64,000 bases of DNA from Escherichia coli (GTDB lineage: Bacteria; Pseudomonadota; Gammaproteobacteria; Enterobacterales; Enterobacteriaceae): assembly GCF_003334305.1 (NCBI RefSeq), contig NZ_QOWS01000007.1; one strand, written 5' to 3'. The notes below the pieces were generated by a model. That model ran no database searches and was not told the DNA's origin. It saw only the letters and a list, made by a program, of their open reading frames with translations. Of the stretch, positions 40,490 to 50,402 are shown one piece after another. A program made the position numbers and the translations under genes. Positions within the stretch are counted from its first letter, which is position 1; each line of letters opens with the position of its first letter.

Positions 40490-40530
40490 GTTAAAAACAG
40501 GAAAACGGCCCCTGTCCAGGAGCCGTTTTC
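40490..40530 (-). terminator. candidate terminator/attenuator between bamB and der
   Basis: Minus-strand hairpin aaaacggc...gccgtttt followed by cctgttttt. Confidence 0.4.
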
Positions 40531-40550
40531 AAAGTGAACGACAGAGACGA

Positions 40551-41729
40551 TTAACGTGTAATAGAGTACACGGTTCCGTCTTTTGCCTGGATCAGCAGTT
40601 TGCCGTCAGCGGCAACCGGTTCAGTCTGGAAACCGGAACTATCAACTTTTTGCTGGGCAACGAAACGACCATCTTCGACGTTAATCCAGTGCAGATAACC
40701 TTCACTGTCACCGACCACCAGGTTGCCATTATACAGCACCGGAGAAGTCAGCAGGCGATGCAGCAGATCGCTTTGTGTCCACAGCGTAACGCCGCCATCA
40801 ATGGTCAACGCCATCACCCTGTCATTTTGATCGACCAGATAGATGCGATTGCCGTCGACGATGAAATCATTCACCGAACCCAGTTCGCGTTTCCACATAA
40901 TCTGACCACTGCGCAGATCAAGCGCCGTCAGGTTACCATTATAGGCCAGCGCGAAAACAACGCCGTTAACAACGACGGGAGTCGTGTCAACATCGCTCAG
41001 ACGGTCAATTTCGGTAGAACCGGTCGCCTGGGAAATACGCTGCTGCCAAATCATCTGGCCCTGTTCCATCAGCACTGCGCTGACGCGACCATTATCGCCA
41101 CCCACGACGGCCGCACCAAAAGCCGTTGCCGGCGCAGACTCGCCACGCAAAGAGAGCGAAGGCATATCGAGGTTAACTGTCCATTTGACAGCGCCGTCAG
41201 CTTCGTTCAGCGCTTGTAACTGACCGTTACTGGTGTGGATTAACACCAGACCGTCGCTGACCACCGGGCGCGAAAGTGCTTCACCCGCGACTTTAGTTTG
41301 CCATGCCACAGTACCATCGCTGGTATTCAGCGCGTAAACCTGCGCCTTTTCGCTGCCAATGTAGACATGCCCACCAGACACGGTCACACCGCCAGAAAGT
41401 AATGCAGGCTCTTTAGAGAACCAGCCATCTTTCTCGGCCAGGCTGACAGACCAGATTTCTTTGCCATCATCCGCATTCAGCGCTTTTACCAAACCAGCGC
41501 GGTCCGCTGCATAGACAACGTTGTCCGCCAGTGCCGGATGAAGATTGGAATAGAAGTTGCCAATGCCGCTACCAACGGAAGTGCTCCACGCCGTGGTCGG
41601 CGTAAACTGGTTTTCAACGGTTGGCAATGGGGACATCTTTACCACATCTTCTTCGCTGTTAAACAGCGAACAGCCGCTTAAAAGGGTAACGGAAAGCAGT
41701 CCTGGCAGCAGTAATTTACGCAATTGCAT
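40551..41729 (-). CDS. bamB: outer membrane protein assembly lipoprotein BamB (PQQ-like beta-propeller)
   Basis: 392-aa ORF with lipobox LLSGC. Confidence 0.92.
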   Translation of the reverse strand: MQLRKLLLPGLLSVTLLSGCSLFNSEEDVVKMSPLPTVENQFTPTTAWSTSVGSGIGNFYSNLHPALADNVVYAADRAGLVKALNADDGKEIWSVSLAEKDGWFSKEPALLSGGVTVSGGHVYIGSEKAQVYALNTSDGTVAWQTKVAGEALSRPVVSDGLVLIHTSNGQLQALNEADGAVKWTVNLDMPSLSLRGESAPATAFGAAVVGGDNGRVSAVLMEQGQMIWQQRISQATGSTEIDRLSDVDTTPVVVNGVVFALAYNGNLTALDLRSGQIMWKRELGSVNDFIVDGNRIYLVDQNDRVMALTIDGGVTLWTQSDLLHRLLTSPVLYNGNLVVGDSEGYLHWINVEDGRFVAQQKVDSSGFQTEPVAADGKLLIQAKDGTVYSITR

Positions 41730-41739
41730 CGGGTCCCTC

Positions 41740-42360
41740 TCAGATGGACAAATTATTAATTTTCATCTGCATCATTTCGCTCAGTGCCGGAGTAACATCG
41801 CTTTTCACGCCTGCTTCCCATGCACTACGCGCACCTTGCTTATCACCTTTGCTCAGCAATGCTTCACCACGCAGGTCGGCAACAATGGCAGCCCACCCTT
41901 CACCTTTGATGGTATCAAGGGTTTTCAGCGCGGCATCAGCCTGCTTGAGCTGTACCTGAACGCGAGCAAGACGCAGATTTATCACGGCTTTGAGATTTTC
42001 ATCGCTCGTGTCTGCCAGCCCCTGTTGTAACTGGGCGGCAGCTTTCTCTAGTTCATTTTTGTCAACAAATTGCTGCGCAAGTTCCAAAGAAGCCAGCGCA
42101 CCATAAGTATTTTTATTTTCAGCAGCAAATTTTTCCGCCGCCGGGATGCTATCCGGTTTGCCTTCGCTCACTGCGGTAACCGCATTTTGATAGGCAAGAG
42201 AAGCGGAGCGTGCAGAATCAACCTGATGGCTGTTCCAGTAGCGCCAGCCAATCAGTGCGCCAACGCCCAAAATCACCCCAACAGCCAGTGCTTTGCCATT
42301 TTCAGCAAAAAAGCGTTTAACCGCTTCTACCTGGTCGTTTTCGTTCTCGTAAATTTCCAC
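41740..42360 (-). CDS. yfgM: membrane-anchored TPR-like protein YfgM (ancillary SecYEG-associated)
   Basis: 206-aa ORF with one N-terminal TM helix. Confidence 0.9.
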   Translation of the reverse strand: MEIYENENDQVEAVKRFFAENGKALAVGVILGVGALIGWRYWNSHQVDSARSASLAYQNAVTAVSEGKPDSIPAAEKFAAENKNTYGALASLELAQQFVDKNELEKAAAQLQQGLADTSDENLKAVINLRLARVQVQLKQADAALKTLDTIKGEGWAAIVADLRGEALLSKGDKQGARSAWEAGVKSDVTPALSEMMQMKINNLSI

Positions 42361-42377
42361 GCTGTCCTTCTCCTTCC

Positions 42378-43652
42378 TTAACCCAGTAACGTGCGCAAAT
42401 GCGCGGCTACGCTATCCTGCGCAACTGCCGTTTGCTCACCAGAGCGCAAATCCTTCACTACTGCTGTGCCGTTAGCCACTTCAGACTCACCCAGCACCAC
42501 AGCAACGCGGGCACCCCATTTATCAGCACGGGCAAACTGTTTCTTAAAGTTGCCGCCGCCGTGGTTGGTCATCAATTTCACGCCCTGTAATTCATCACGC
42601 AGACGCTCAGCTAATGCCATAGCCGCAGATTGTGTATCAGCACCTGAAGCCACCAGGTATATATCGACAACAGGATCGGCTTTAAATTCCGGATTAACGG
42701 CCTGTACTAACAATACAAGACGTTCGAGGCCCATCGCAAAACCGACAGCCGGTGTTGCACGACCGCCCAGTTGTTCCACAAGACCGTCATAACGACCGCC
42801 TGCACACACGGTGCCCTGGGAGCCGAGACTGTTAGTCACCCACTCGAAAACGGTACGGTTATAGTAATCCAGACCACGCACCAGACGCTGGTTTACGGTG
42901 TAAGCGATCCCCGCGCTCTCCAGCAGTTTGCACAGACCGGCAAAGTGCTCACGAGATTCCTCGTCCAGATAATCGCCTAATGCCGGAGCATCGTTGAGAA
43001 GCGCCTGCACTTCCGGATTTTTGGAATCCAGCACGCGCAGCGGGTTAGTGTACATGCGGCGTTTGCAGTCTTCGTCCAGCTTATCTTTATGCTGCTCAAG
43101 GAATGCCACCAGCGCATCGCGGTAATTGGCGCGTGCTTCCAGCGAACCGATAGAGTTCAGCTCAAGAGTTACGTGCTCGGAAATACCCAGCGCACGCCAC
43201 CAGCGGGCGGTGAGCATAATCAGTTCAGCGTCGATATCCGGACCTTGCAGACCGAAAACTTCGCAGCCCAACTGATGGAACTGACGATAACGCCCTTTCT
43301 GCGGACGCTCGTGACGGAACATCGGCCCGATATACCACAGACGCTGTTCCTGATTGTACAGAAGACCATGCTCAATGCCGGCGCGTACACAGCCCGCCGT
43401 CCCTTCAGGGCGCAGAGTCAGGCTGTCGCCATTGCGATCCTCAAAGGTGTACATCTCTTTTTCAACCACGTCGGTGACTTCACCAATCGCACGTTTGAAT
43501 AGCGGGGTCTGCTCTACAATCGGCAAGCGGATTTCACTGTAACCGTAGCTGCCGAGCACGTTTTTCAGTGTGCCTTCAATGCGCTGCCAGATGGCCGTTT
43601 CGCCAGGCAGGTAATCGTTCATGCCGCGAATGGCTTGAATGTTTTTTGCCAC
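42378..43652 (-). CDS. hisS: histidine--tRNA ligase
   Basis: 424-aa ORF recognised as HisS. Confidence 0.95.
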   Translation of the reverse strand: MAKNIQAIRGMNDYLPGETAIWQRIEGTLKNVLGSYGYSEIRLPIVEQTPLFKRAIGEVTDVVEKEMYTFEDRNGDSLTLRPEGTAGCVRAGIEHGLLYNQEQRLWYIGPMFRHERPQKGRYRQFHQLGCEVFGLQGPDIDAELIMLTARWWRALGISEHVTLELNSIGSLEARANYRDALVAFLEQHKDKLDEDCKRRMYTNPLRVLDSKNPEVQALLNDAPALGDYLDEESREHFAGLCKLLESAGIAYTVNQRLVRGLDYYNRTVFEWVTNSLGSQGTVCAGGRYDGLVEQLGGRATPAVGFAMGLERLVLLVQAVNPEFKADPVVDIYLVASGADTQSAAMALAERLRDELQGVKLMTNHGGGNFKKQFARADKWGARVAVVLGESEVANGTAVVKDLRSGEQTAVAQDSVAAHLRTLLG

Positions 43653-43659
43653 GTTTATT

Positions 43660-43755
43660 CTCTTTCTGAATATAAAAATGAACCCTCAACGCTTCCCTCA
43701 ATGTTTCGGGAGCTATGCGGGTTCAATCATACACGGGAAGCGAGGCGCTTCCCAT
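43660..43755 (-). ncRNA. sroE: probable SroE small RNA region (ispG 3' UTR / hisS leader)
   Basis: 110-nt structured spacer between ispG and hisS. From memory, SroE maps to the gcpE-hisS spacer in E. coli; boundaries are approximate and unverified. Confidence 0.35.
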
Positions 43756-43762
43756 CACGTTA

Positions 43763-44881
43763 TTATTTTTCAACCTGCTGAACGTCAATTCGACGCGCTT
43801 CGTCCAGCTGACTGGCTTTCGCACGAATGCGTGCTTCCAGCTGGTCGATCATATCGTTGTTGTCCAGACGGTCTTTGCGCACGCCATCTTCATAGAGGCC
43901 GCTTTTCTTGTTGCCGCCGGTGACGCCGAGTGTAGAAACCAGCGCCTCACCTGGGCCATTCACCACGCAGCCGATAATCGAAACGTCCATCGGAGTGATG
44001 ATATCTTCCAGGCGTTGCTCCAGCGCGTTAACCGTACCGATAACATCAAATTCCTGACGCGAACAGGTCGGGCAGGCGATGAAGTTGATCCCGCGCGAAC
44101 GGATACGCAGCGATTTCAAAATATCGAAACCGACTTTGATCTCTTCGACCGGATCGGCCGCCAGTGATACGCGCAGCGTGTCGCCGATGCCTTCAGACAG
44201 CAGCAGACCTAAACCAATGGCGGATTTTACTGCCCCGCTGCGTGCACCACCGGCTTCGGTGATCCCCAGATGCAGCGGCTGATCGATCTGTTTTGCCAGC
44301 AAACGATAAGACTCAACAGCGAGGAAGACGTCAGACGCTTTCACGCTGACTTTGAACTGATCGAAGTTCAGGCGATCGAGATGATCAACATGGCGCATGG
44401 CGGATTCCAGCAACGCCTGCGGCGTCGGTTCGCCATACTTTTCTTGCAGATCTTTTTCCAGCGATCCGGCGTTAACGCCAATACGGATCGGAATGTTTTT
44501 ATCGCGCGCACAGTCAACCACCATGCGAATACGCTCTTCATTACCGATATTGCCAGGGTTAATACGCAGACAATCGACGCCGTATTCCGCTACTTTCAGT
44601 GCAATGCGATAGTCGAAGTGGATGTCAGCCACCAGCGGCACGTTAACCTGCTGTTTGATGAGTTTGAACGCTTCTGCCGCGTCCATCGTCGGTACGGAGA
44701 CACGGACGATATCAGCGCCAACGCGTTCCAGCGCCTTGATTTGATTGACCGTTGCTTCGACGTCTGTCGTACGCGTATTGGTCATGGACTGTACGGCGAT
44801 GGGAGCACCATCGCCAATCGGCACATTCCCAACGTAAATACGTGTTGATTTTCTACGTTGAATTGGAGCCTGGTTATGCAT
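43763..44881 (-). CDS. ispG: 4-hydroxy-3-methylbut-2-enyl diphosphate synthase (flavodoxin)
   Basis: 372-aa ORF recognised as IspG/GcpE. Confidence 0.95.
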
Positions 44882-44907
44882 GAAAAATCTCCCGCGTTAC
44901 CCGTCTG

Positions 44908-45921
44908 TTACTGCGCCGGTGATTGTTCGGCATTGAGGGTCAGACGCGCAACCTGGTTAGTTCTGATAAAACGACTCAGATCGACAGGTTTCCCTTGATA
45001 CTGGATCTGTACTGCGGCTGGCGCACCAATTTTCAGTTTGTATGGTGCCTGGCCGGTTAAGTTCAAATTACCGTCTTTACGCTGCATACCGCTAAACAAT
45101 TTTTTACCGGTAGCATCAGTAACCTCCAGCCAGCAATCGGCAGTAAAGTTCATCACCAGCGCATTCGGATCAGCCGCCGGCGTAGTCACGCCTGCCTGAT
45201 CGGTTGGCAACGGCGCAGCGCCATCTGGCGTTGTTGTTGCCGTTGGTGCCGGGGTCGCGGCGGTATCAACATTTGCCTGCGAAGGCGAAACAACCGCATT
45301 CTGTTGCGGATCAACAGCTGGTGCTGGCGCAGTTACGGCAGGTGTTTGCGTGTTGGTTGCGGTAGTATCCACAGACGCTGGCGGCGTGGACGTTGTAGCC
45401 GGGTCTGTAGTTGTCGACGTATTTAACGGAACACTCTGCCCCTGCTCGCTATTACTGCTCAGTTCCGCCGAAGATTGATCGGCCATAGTGGTGATCTCTT
45501 CCTGCTGAGCTTTGTGGTCTTGCCACCACCAGGCACCGCTCAGGCCGATAACCACAAACAACACCAGCCAGGTGAAGGTCATCAGCCAGCCGTCACGTTT
45601 TTTGCGGCGTTTACCGAGGGAAAAACTCTGCATCGGCGCAACTTTCGCAGCCCGTAGTGGAGCCTGCTTTTCCAGCCCTGGCAGCAGTTCTTCTTCTGGA
45701 ATATGTACCAGACGCGCATAAGAGCGGATATATCCGCGCAGGAATGTTGAAGCAAGATCGGCGGGTGCCTTATCTTCTTCAATGTCGCGTACCGTGGAAA
45801 CCTTCAGGCAAAGTCGCTCGGCAACGGCCTGCTGACTAAGTCCTAGTTGTTCGCGAGCATTACGCAGGCGAGCGCCGGTAGTAAGTGCTTCATTTTGGTC
45901 GTGCGTGGCTTCAGTATTCAT
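44908..45921 (-). CDS. rodZ: cytoskeleton protein RodZ
   Basis: 337-aa ORF: N-terminal HTH, single TM helix, Pro/Thr/Ala-rich periplasmic linker. Confidence 0.9.
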   Translation of the reverse strand: MNTEATHDQNEALTTGARLRNAREQLGLSQQAVAERLCLKVSTVRDIEEDKAPADLASTFLRGYIRSYARLVHIPEEELLPGLEKQAPLRAAKVAPMQSFSLGKRRKKRDGWLMTFTWLVLFVVIGLSGAWWWQDHKAQQEEITTMADQSSAELSSNSEQGQSVPLNTSTTTDPATTSTPPASVDTTATNTQTPAVTAPAPAVDPQQNAVVSPSQANVDTAATPAPTATTTPDGAAPLPTDQAGVTTPAADPNALVMNFTADCWLEVTDATGKKLFSGMQRKDGNLNLTGQAPYKLKIGAPAAVQIQYQGKPVDLSRFIRTNQVARLTLNAEQSPAQ

Positions 45922-46205
45922 TCGCTGCAGGTACGTTTAAATGAGAATTGAGATGCCGGTGAACCATCATGCTCACCCACACCGCGAAACATCCGTTAAG
46001 TTAACCGTTATCATACAGTATAAGACCGTCTGTGTGCTCGTGACAAAGCCCACATTCACTAAGGCTAACTTACTGTTGCATCGTTACATACTGCCTTAAA
46101 GTCAGCAAAAACGCACCGTTAATATTGACCAGACAATTGCAACTTAATACTTCATTCATAAAAGATTACGCCACGGTACATAAAGTAACCGTGGCGTAAT
46201 GGCTA

Positions 46206-47360
46206 TCAGACCGCTTTAATGTCGATGGCTTCACCCTGCATCCGTTTACGCAGGGTACGTTTCGTACGGTCGATAACATCGCCCGCCAACTGACCACAGG
46301 CAGCATCGATATCATCACCACGGGTTTTACGCACAATAGTGGTGAAACCGTAGCTCATCAGCACTTTTGAGAAACGGTCGATACGGCTGTTCGAGCTGCG
46401 TCCATACGGCGCGCCCGGGAAGGGGTTCCACGGGATCAGGTTGATCTTACACGGCGTATCTTTCAGCAGTTCCGCCAGTTGGTGCGCGTGTTCAGTGCCG
46501 TCGTTAACGTGGTCAAGCATCACATACTCAATAGTGACACGGCCCTGATTGGCGTTGGATTTCTCCAGATAACGGCGCACCGCAGCAAGGAACGTTTCGA
46601 TATTGTACTTTTTGTTGATCGGCACAATTTCGTCACGAATTTCGTCGTTCGGCGCGTGCAGGGAAATTGCCAGTGCAACGTCGATCATATCGCCCAGTTT
46701 ATCCAGCGCCGGAACTACACCGGAAGTAGAAAGCGTGACGCGACGTTTAGACAGGCCAAAACCGAAATCATCAAGCATGATTTCCATCGCCGGAACGACG
46801 TTGTTCAGGTTGAGCAGCGGCTCGCCCATGCCCATCATCACTACGTTAGTGATTGGGCGCTGACCGGTGACTTTTGCTGCGCCGACGATTTTCGCCGCAC
46901 GCCACACCTGGCCAATAATTTCCGATACCCGCAGGTTGCGGTTAAAGCCCTGCTGGGCGGTGGAACAGAATTTACACTCCAGCGCACACCCCACCTGCGA
47001 AGAGACGCAGAGCGTGGCACGGTCGTCTTCCGGGATATACACCGTTTCGACGCGCTGATCGCCAACGGCGATCGCCCATTTAATGGTGCCATCGGATGAA
47101 CGCTGTTCTTCAACCACTTCCGGTGCGCGGATCTCCGCCACCTCTTTCAGTTTGCCGCGCAACACTTTGTTGATGTCGGTCATCTCATCAAAGTTGTCGC
47201 AGCAATAGTGATACATCCACTTCATCACCTGATCGGCGCGGAAGGGTTTTTCACCTAAATCTTTAAAAAACTCCCGCATCTGCTGACGGTTGAGATCCAG
47301 CAGGTTGATTTTTCCATCTTTCGTGGTGACGTTTTCAGGTGTGACTAATTGTTCAGACAT
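46206..47360 (-). CDS. rlmN: dual-specificity RNA methyltransferase RlmN (radical SAM)
   Basis: 384-aa ORF with radical-SAM CxxxCxxC motif (CALECKFC). Confidence 0.93.
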
Positions 47361-47403
47361 ATGCTATTCCGGCCTCGTTATTACACGTTATGGCCCCTGG
47401 AGG

Positions 47404-47450
47404 GTTGAAAAAAGAAACGCCCCGGTGAGCGGCTGCTCGTCCGGGGGCGC
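47404..47450 (-). terminator. rho-independent terminator downstream of ndk
   Basis: Minus-strand GC-rich hairpin (cgcccccgg...ccggggcg) followed by tttctttttt. Confidence 0.5.
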
Positions 47451-47509
47451 TGCATTGTACAAATTCTGGCGCACGGATGCCACGTTTGCACGCGGCATTT
47501 ACGAAATTA

Positions 47510-47941
47510 TTAACGGGTGCGCGGGCACACTTCGCCTTCGCCAAAGAAATAAGCGATTTCGCGAGCGGCAGATTCGACGGAATCAGAACCGTGGGTACCG
47601 TTTTCGGTCAGGCTGTCAGCGTAATCAGCGCGCAGAGTACCAGCCAGTGCGTTTGCCGGATTGGTCGCGCCCAGCAGATCGCGGTGACGCTGAACGGCGT
47701 TTTCACCTTCCAGCACGGAAACCACGATCGGGCCAGAGGTCATGAATTCAACCAGACCATCAAAGAACGGTTTTCCATCGTGTTCAGCATAAAAGCCACG
47801 TGCCTGTTCAACGGTCAGGTGCAGCATTTTGGTGCCGACAATTTTGAACCCTGCAGCTTCAAAGCGCGCAAAGATATTACCAATGACGTTTTTTGCTACC
47901 GCGTTCGGTTTGATGATGGAAAAAGTACGTTCAATAGCCAT
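47510..47941 (-). CDS. ndk: nucleoside diphosphate kinase
   Basis: 143-aa ORF recognised as Ndk. Confidence 0.95.
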
Positions 47942-48089
47942 TTTTACCTCTGTAAATTGTTCTGTTGTTGTCTGTACCAGCGTACGAGATGGCGCGGATT
48001 ATAATGAGCAACAGGGCCGTTGACTATTGATGAAGGTAACATTTTTTTAAAATAAAATGAGTTTTAGCAACAATCAGGGACAAAACAGA

Positions 48090-50402
48090 CTATTGCATGA
48101 CAAATTTCACTGTCGCGATTTGCCCCACATCATCCATCACCAGCAATTGATAATCACCTTTATCCGTCAAATGCAGGGTCACGTTGCGCCCGCGTTCAGT
48201 TAACGGTTCGCCATTCAGAAACCACCAGCGTTCACCTGCCCCTCCACTTGATTGCAACGGCAAAGTCGCTTCCGCTGCGCCCGGTAAACGTTTAATAATC
48301 GCGCCATCGCGAACGCCTGTCAGCTGCAGAGGGAGCTGGGCATCGTGACCGTATGGCGGGCAAATTGTCGAGGCCGGTGGTAAGCGCACAGCGCGACGTT
48401 CTGATGCGGGCAGCCAGGGTTCCAGCGGTAGCGGCCAGACATTTATCATTTCTTGTCGCGCTTGCGGGCAATCAGCGGCAACACGTTTGCCATTTTCATC
48501 CAGCCAGATGGGGAAACGAATGCCATTAATGCCTTCCTGCTCCGGCAGTAATAGAGTTGGCGGCTGACTCCCGTCCAGCAGCCAGGTTGCCAGGCGGCGG
48601 CGACAGTTACCGTCACCTTCCGGCAAAGACTGTCCGCCCGGCCAGCAGATAACGCCACGAGTGACTGAGTTCGGGCGCGGGTCTTCCGGCAGATTCGCAC
48701 TGCGCGACAGTAAGATATTATTGACCTGATTCAACAATGGTACGGCACTGGCAAAGCCAAACTGACCAACAACGGGCGTGCCGTCCGGTCTGCCAGTCCA
48801 GATCCCAATGACATAGCGAGCGTTAACCCCAATCGCCCAGGCGTCACGATAGCCATAGCTGGTGCCCGTTTTCCATGCCAGTGGGGCGACGCGCGGCAAG
48901 GCACTATCCGGCAAGGGTTTCGCTTCATCAGCCATAATCCGGCGAATGATCCACGCCGCCCCCGACGACATTAAAGGCCGTTCAAGCAGCGGATCGTCAG
49001 GCTGTAAGCGCAATTTGCCTGCCTTGCCGTGGCGAGCAAACGCGGTATACGCTGCCGCCATATCTTCCAGTTTTGCACCAGCGCCGCCGAGAATGAGTGA
49101 AAGATTCGGCGCAGCACCGTTGGGCAAATATAACGGCAATCCAACATTGCGTAACTTTGCCGCAAACCGTTTCGGTCCATAGGCTTCCAGCACCTGCACA
49201 GCAGGTAAGTTCAGCGAGCGCACCAGCGCCTCGCTCATGCTGATCGGGCCATGAAAACCGCTATCAAAGTTACCTGGTCGATAATCACCGGTGCGCCGGG
49301 GGACGTCTTGCAGCAGTGATGCCGGGTGGATCAAGCCTTCATCCAGCGCCAGACCATAAACAAACGGTTTGAGCACCGATCCTGGCGATCGGATCGCATT
49401 GACCATATCAACATGACCAAAGCGTGAATCATCGTTGAGATCAACCGATCCCACCCAGCCGCGAACACGCATATCGGTATGATCAACCACGATCATCGCC
49501 AGTGAGCTGCGCGGTGGCAACCGCCCTTTCCAGTTTTGCGCCAGTTCTTCCAGACGTCGTTGAAGACCGGCATCCAGCGTAGTAACGATTTTGTCGCTTT
49601 TGCTTTTACCGAGCATCATGCGCGAAAACAGCGGTGCCAGTTGCGGCATTTGTCGGGGTGCCAGCCAGATGGGTTCTTCCCTTGACTCTTTTACCTGCTC
49701 ACGGGACCACACACCTTGCACGGCCATCCGTTCGAGCACTTTATTACGCGCGGCTTCGGCACGCTCCGGCCAACGATCCGGGCGAAGACGGCTGGGCGCT
49801 TGCGGCAAAACCGCCAGCATTGCCGCCTCGGAATAGCTTAAATTCGCAGGCGACTTTCCGAGATAAGCCCAACTTGCCGCACCGATCCCCTGCAACGTAC
49901 CGCCAAACGGAGCGCGGTTAAGATACAAGGTCAGAATTTCACGCTTAGACAGATGCCATTCCAGTTGCAACGCGCGCCAGAGTTGGCGAATTTTGCCGCC
50001 AAATGTTTTGGGGTGAGGATCAAGCAGACGAGCAACCTGCATAGTGAGCGTGCTGCCACCGGAAATAACCCGTCCCGAAGTGAGATCTTGCCATGCTGCG
50101 CGCGCCACCGAGAATGGATTCACCCCCGGATGCTTCCAGAACCAGCGATCTTCATAATTGATCAGCGCTTCAAGGTAACGTGGAGAAACATCTTCGATTG
50201 TTACCGGATAACGCCAGATGCCGTCAGCATCGGCGAAGCGCCATAGCGGCGTACCATCCTGCGCCACGACCACTCGTGCGGGATTGACTTCATGCAGCGG
50301 TAGAGGCCAGCGTTTATCTGCTCCCCACGCTGCAAGAAAAAGGAGAAATGGCGCAGCTGCCAGCGTTATCCAGCAGCCGCGTTTGGTTAACAAGCGAGGC
50401 AT
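48090..50402 (-). CDS. pbpC: penicillin-binding protein 1C (transglycosylase/transpeptidase)
   Basis: 770-aa ORF; start codon directly abuts the yfhM stop. Confidence 0.9.
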   Translation of the reverse strand: MPRLLTKRGCWITLAAAPFLLFLAAWGADKRWPLPLHEVNPARVVVAQDGTPLWRFADADGIWRYPVTIEDVSPRYLEALINYEDRWFWKHPGVNPFSVARAAWQDLTSGRVISGGSTLTMQVARLLDPHPKTFGGKIRQLWRALQLEWHLSKREILTLYLNRAPFGGTLQGIGAASWAYLGKSPANLSYSEAAMLAVLPQAPSRLRPDRWPERAEAARNKVLERMAVQGVWSREQVKESREEPIWLAPRQMPQLAPLFSRMMLGKSKSDKIVTTLDAGLQRRLEELAQNWKGRLPPRSSLAMIVVDHTDMRVRGWVGSVDLNDDSRFGHVDMVNAIRSPGSVLKPFVYGLALDEGLIHPASLLQDVPRRTGDYRPGNFDSGFHGPISMSEALVRSLNLPAVQVLEAYGPKRFAAKLRNVGLPLYLPNGAAPNLSLILGGAGAKLEDMAAAYTAFARHGKAGKLRLQPDDPLLERPLMSSGAAWIIRRIMADEAKPLPDSALPRVAPLAWKTGTSYGYRDAWAIGVNARYVIGIWTGRPDGTPVVGQFGFASAVPLLNQVNNILLSRSANLPEDPRPNSVTRGVICWPGGQSLPEGDGNCRRRLATWLLDGSQPPTLLLPEQEGINGIRFPIWLDENGKRVAADCPQARQEMINVWPLPLEPWLPASERRAVRLPPASTICPPYGHDAQLPLQLTGVRDGAIIKRLPGAAEATLPLQSSGGAGERWWFLNGEPLTERGRNVTLHLTDKGDYQLLVMDDVGQIATVKFVMQ

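Noticed and set aside
46150-46200. Hairpin downstream of rlmN as a terminator
   Set aside because: The inverted repeat (ttacgccacgg...ccgtggcgtaa) has a long loop and only a weak T tract, and sits in the likely upstream region of the rlmN-rodZ-ispG-hisS cluster; not enough to call a terminator.
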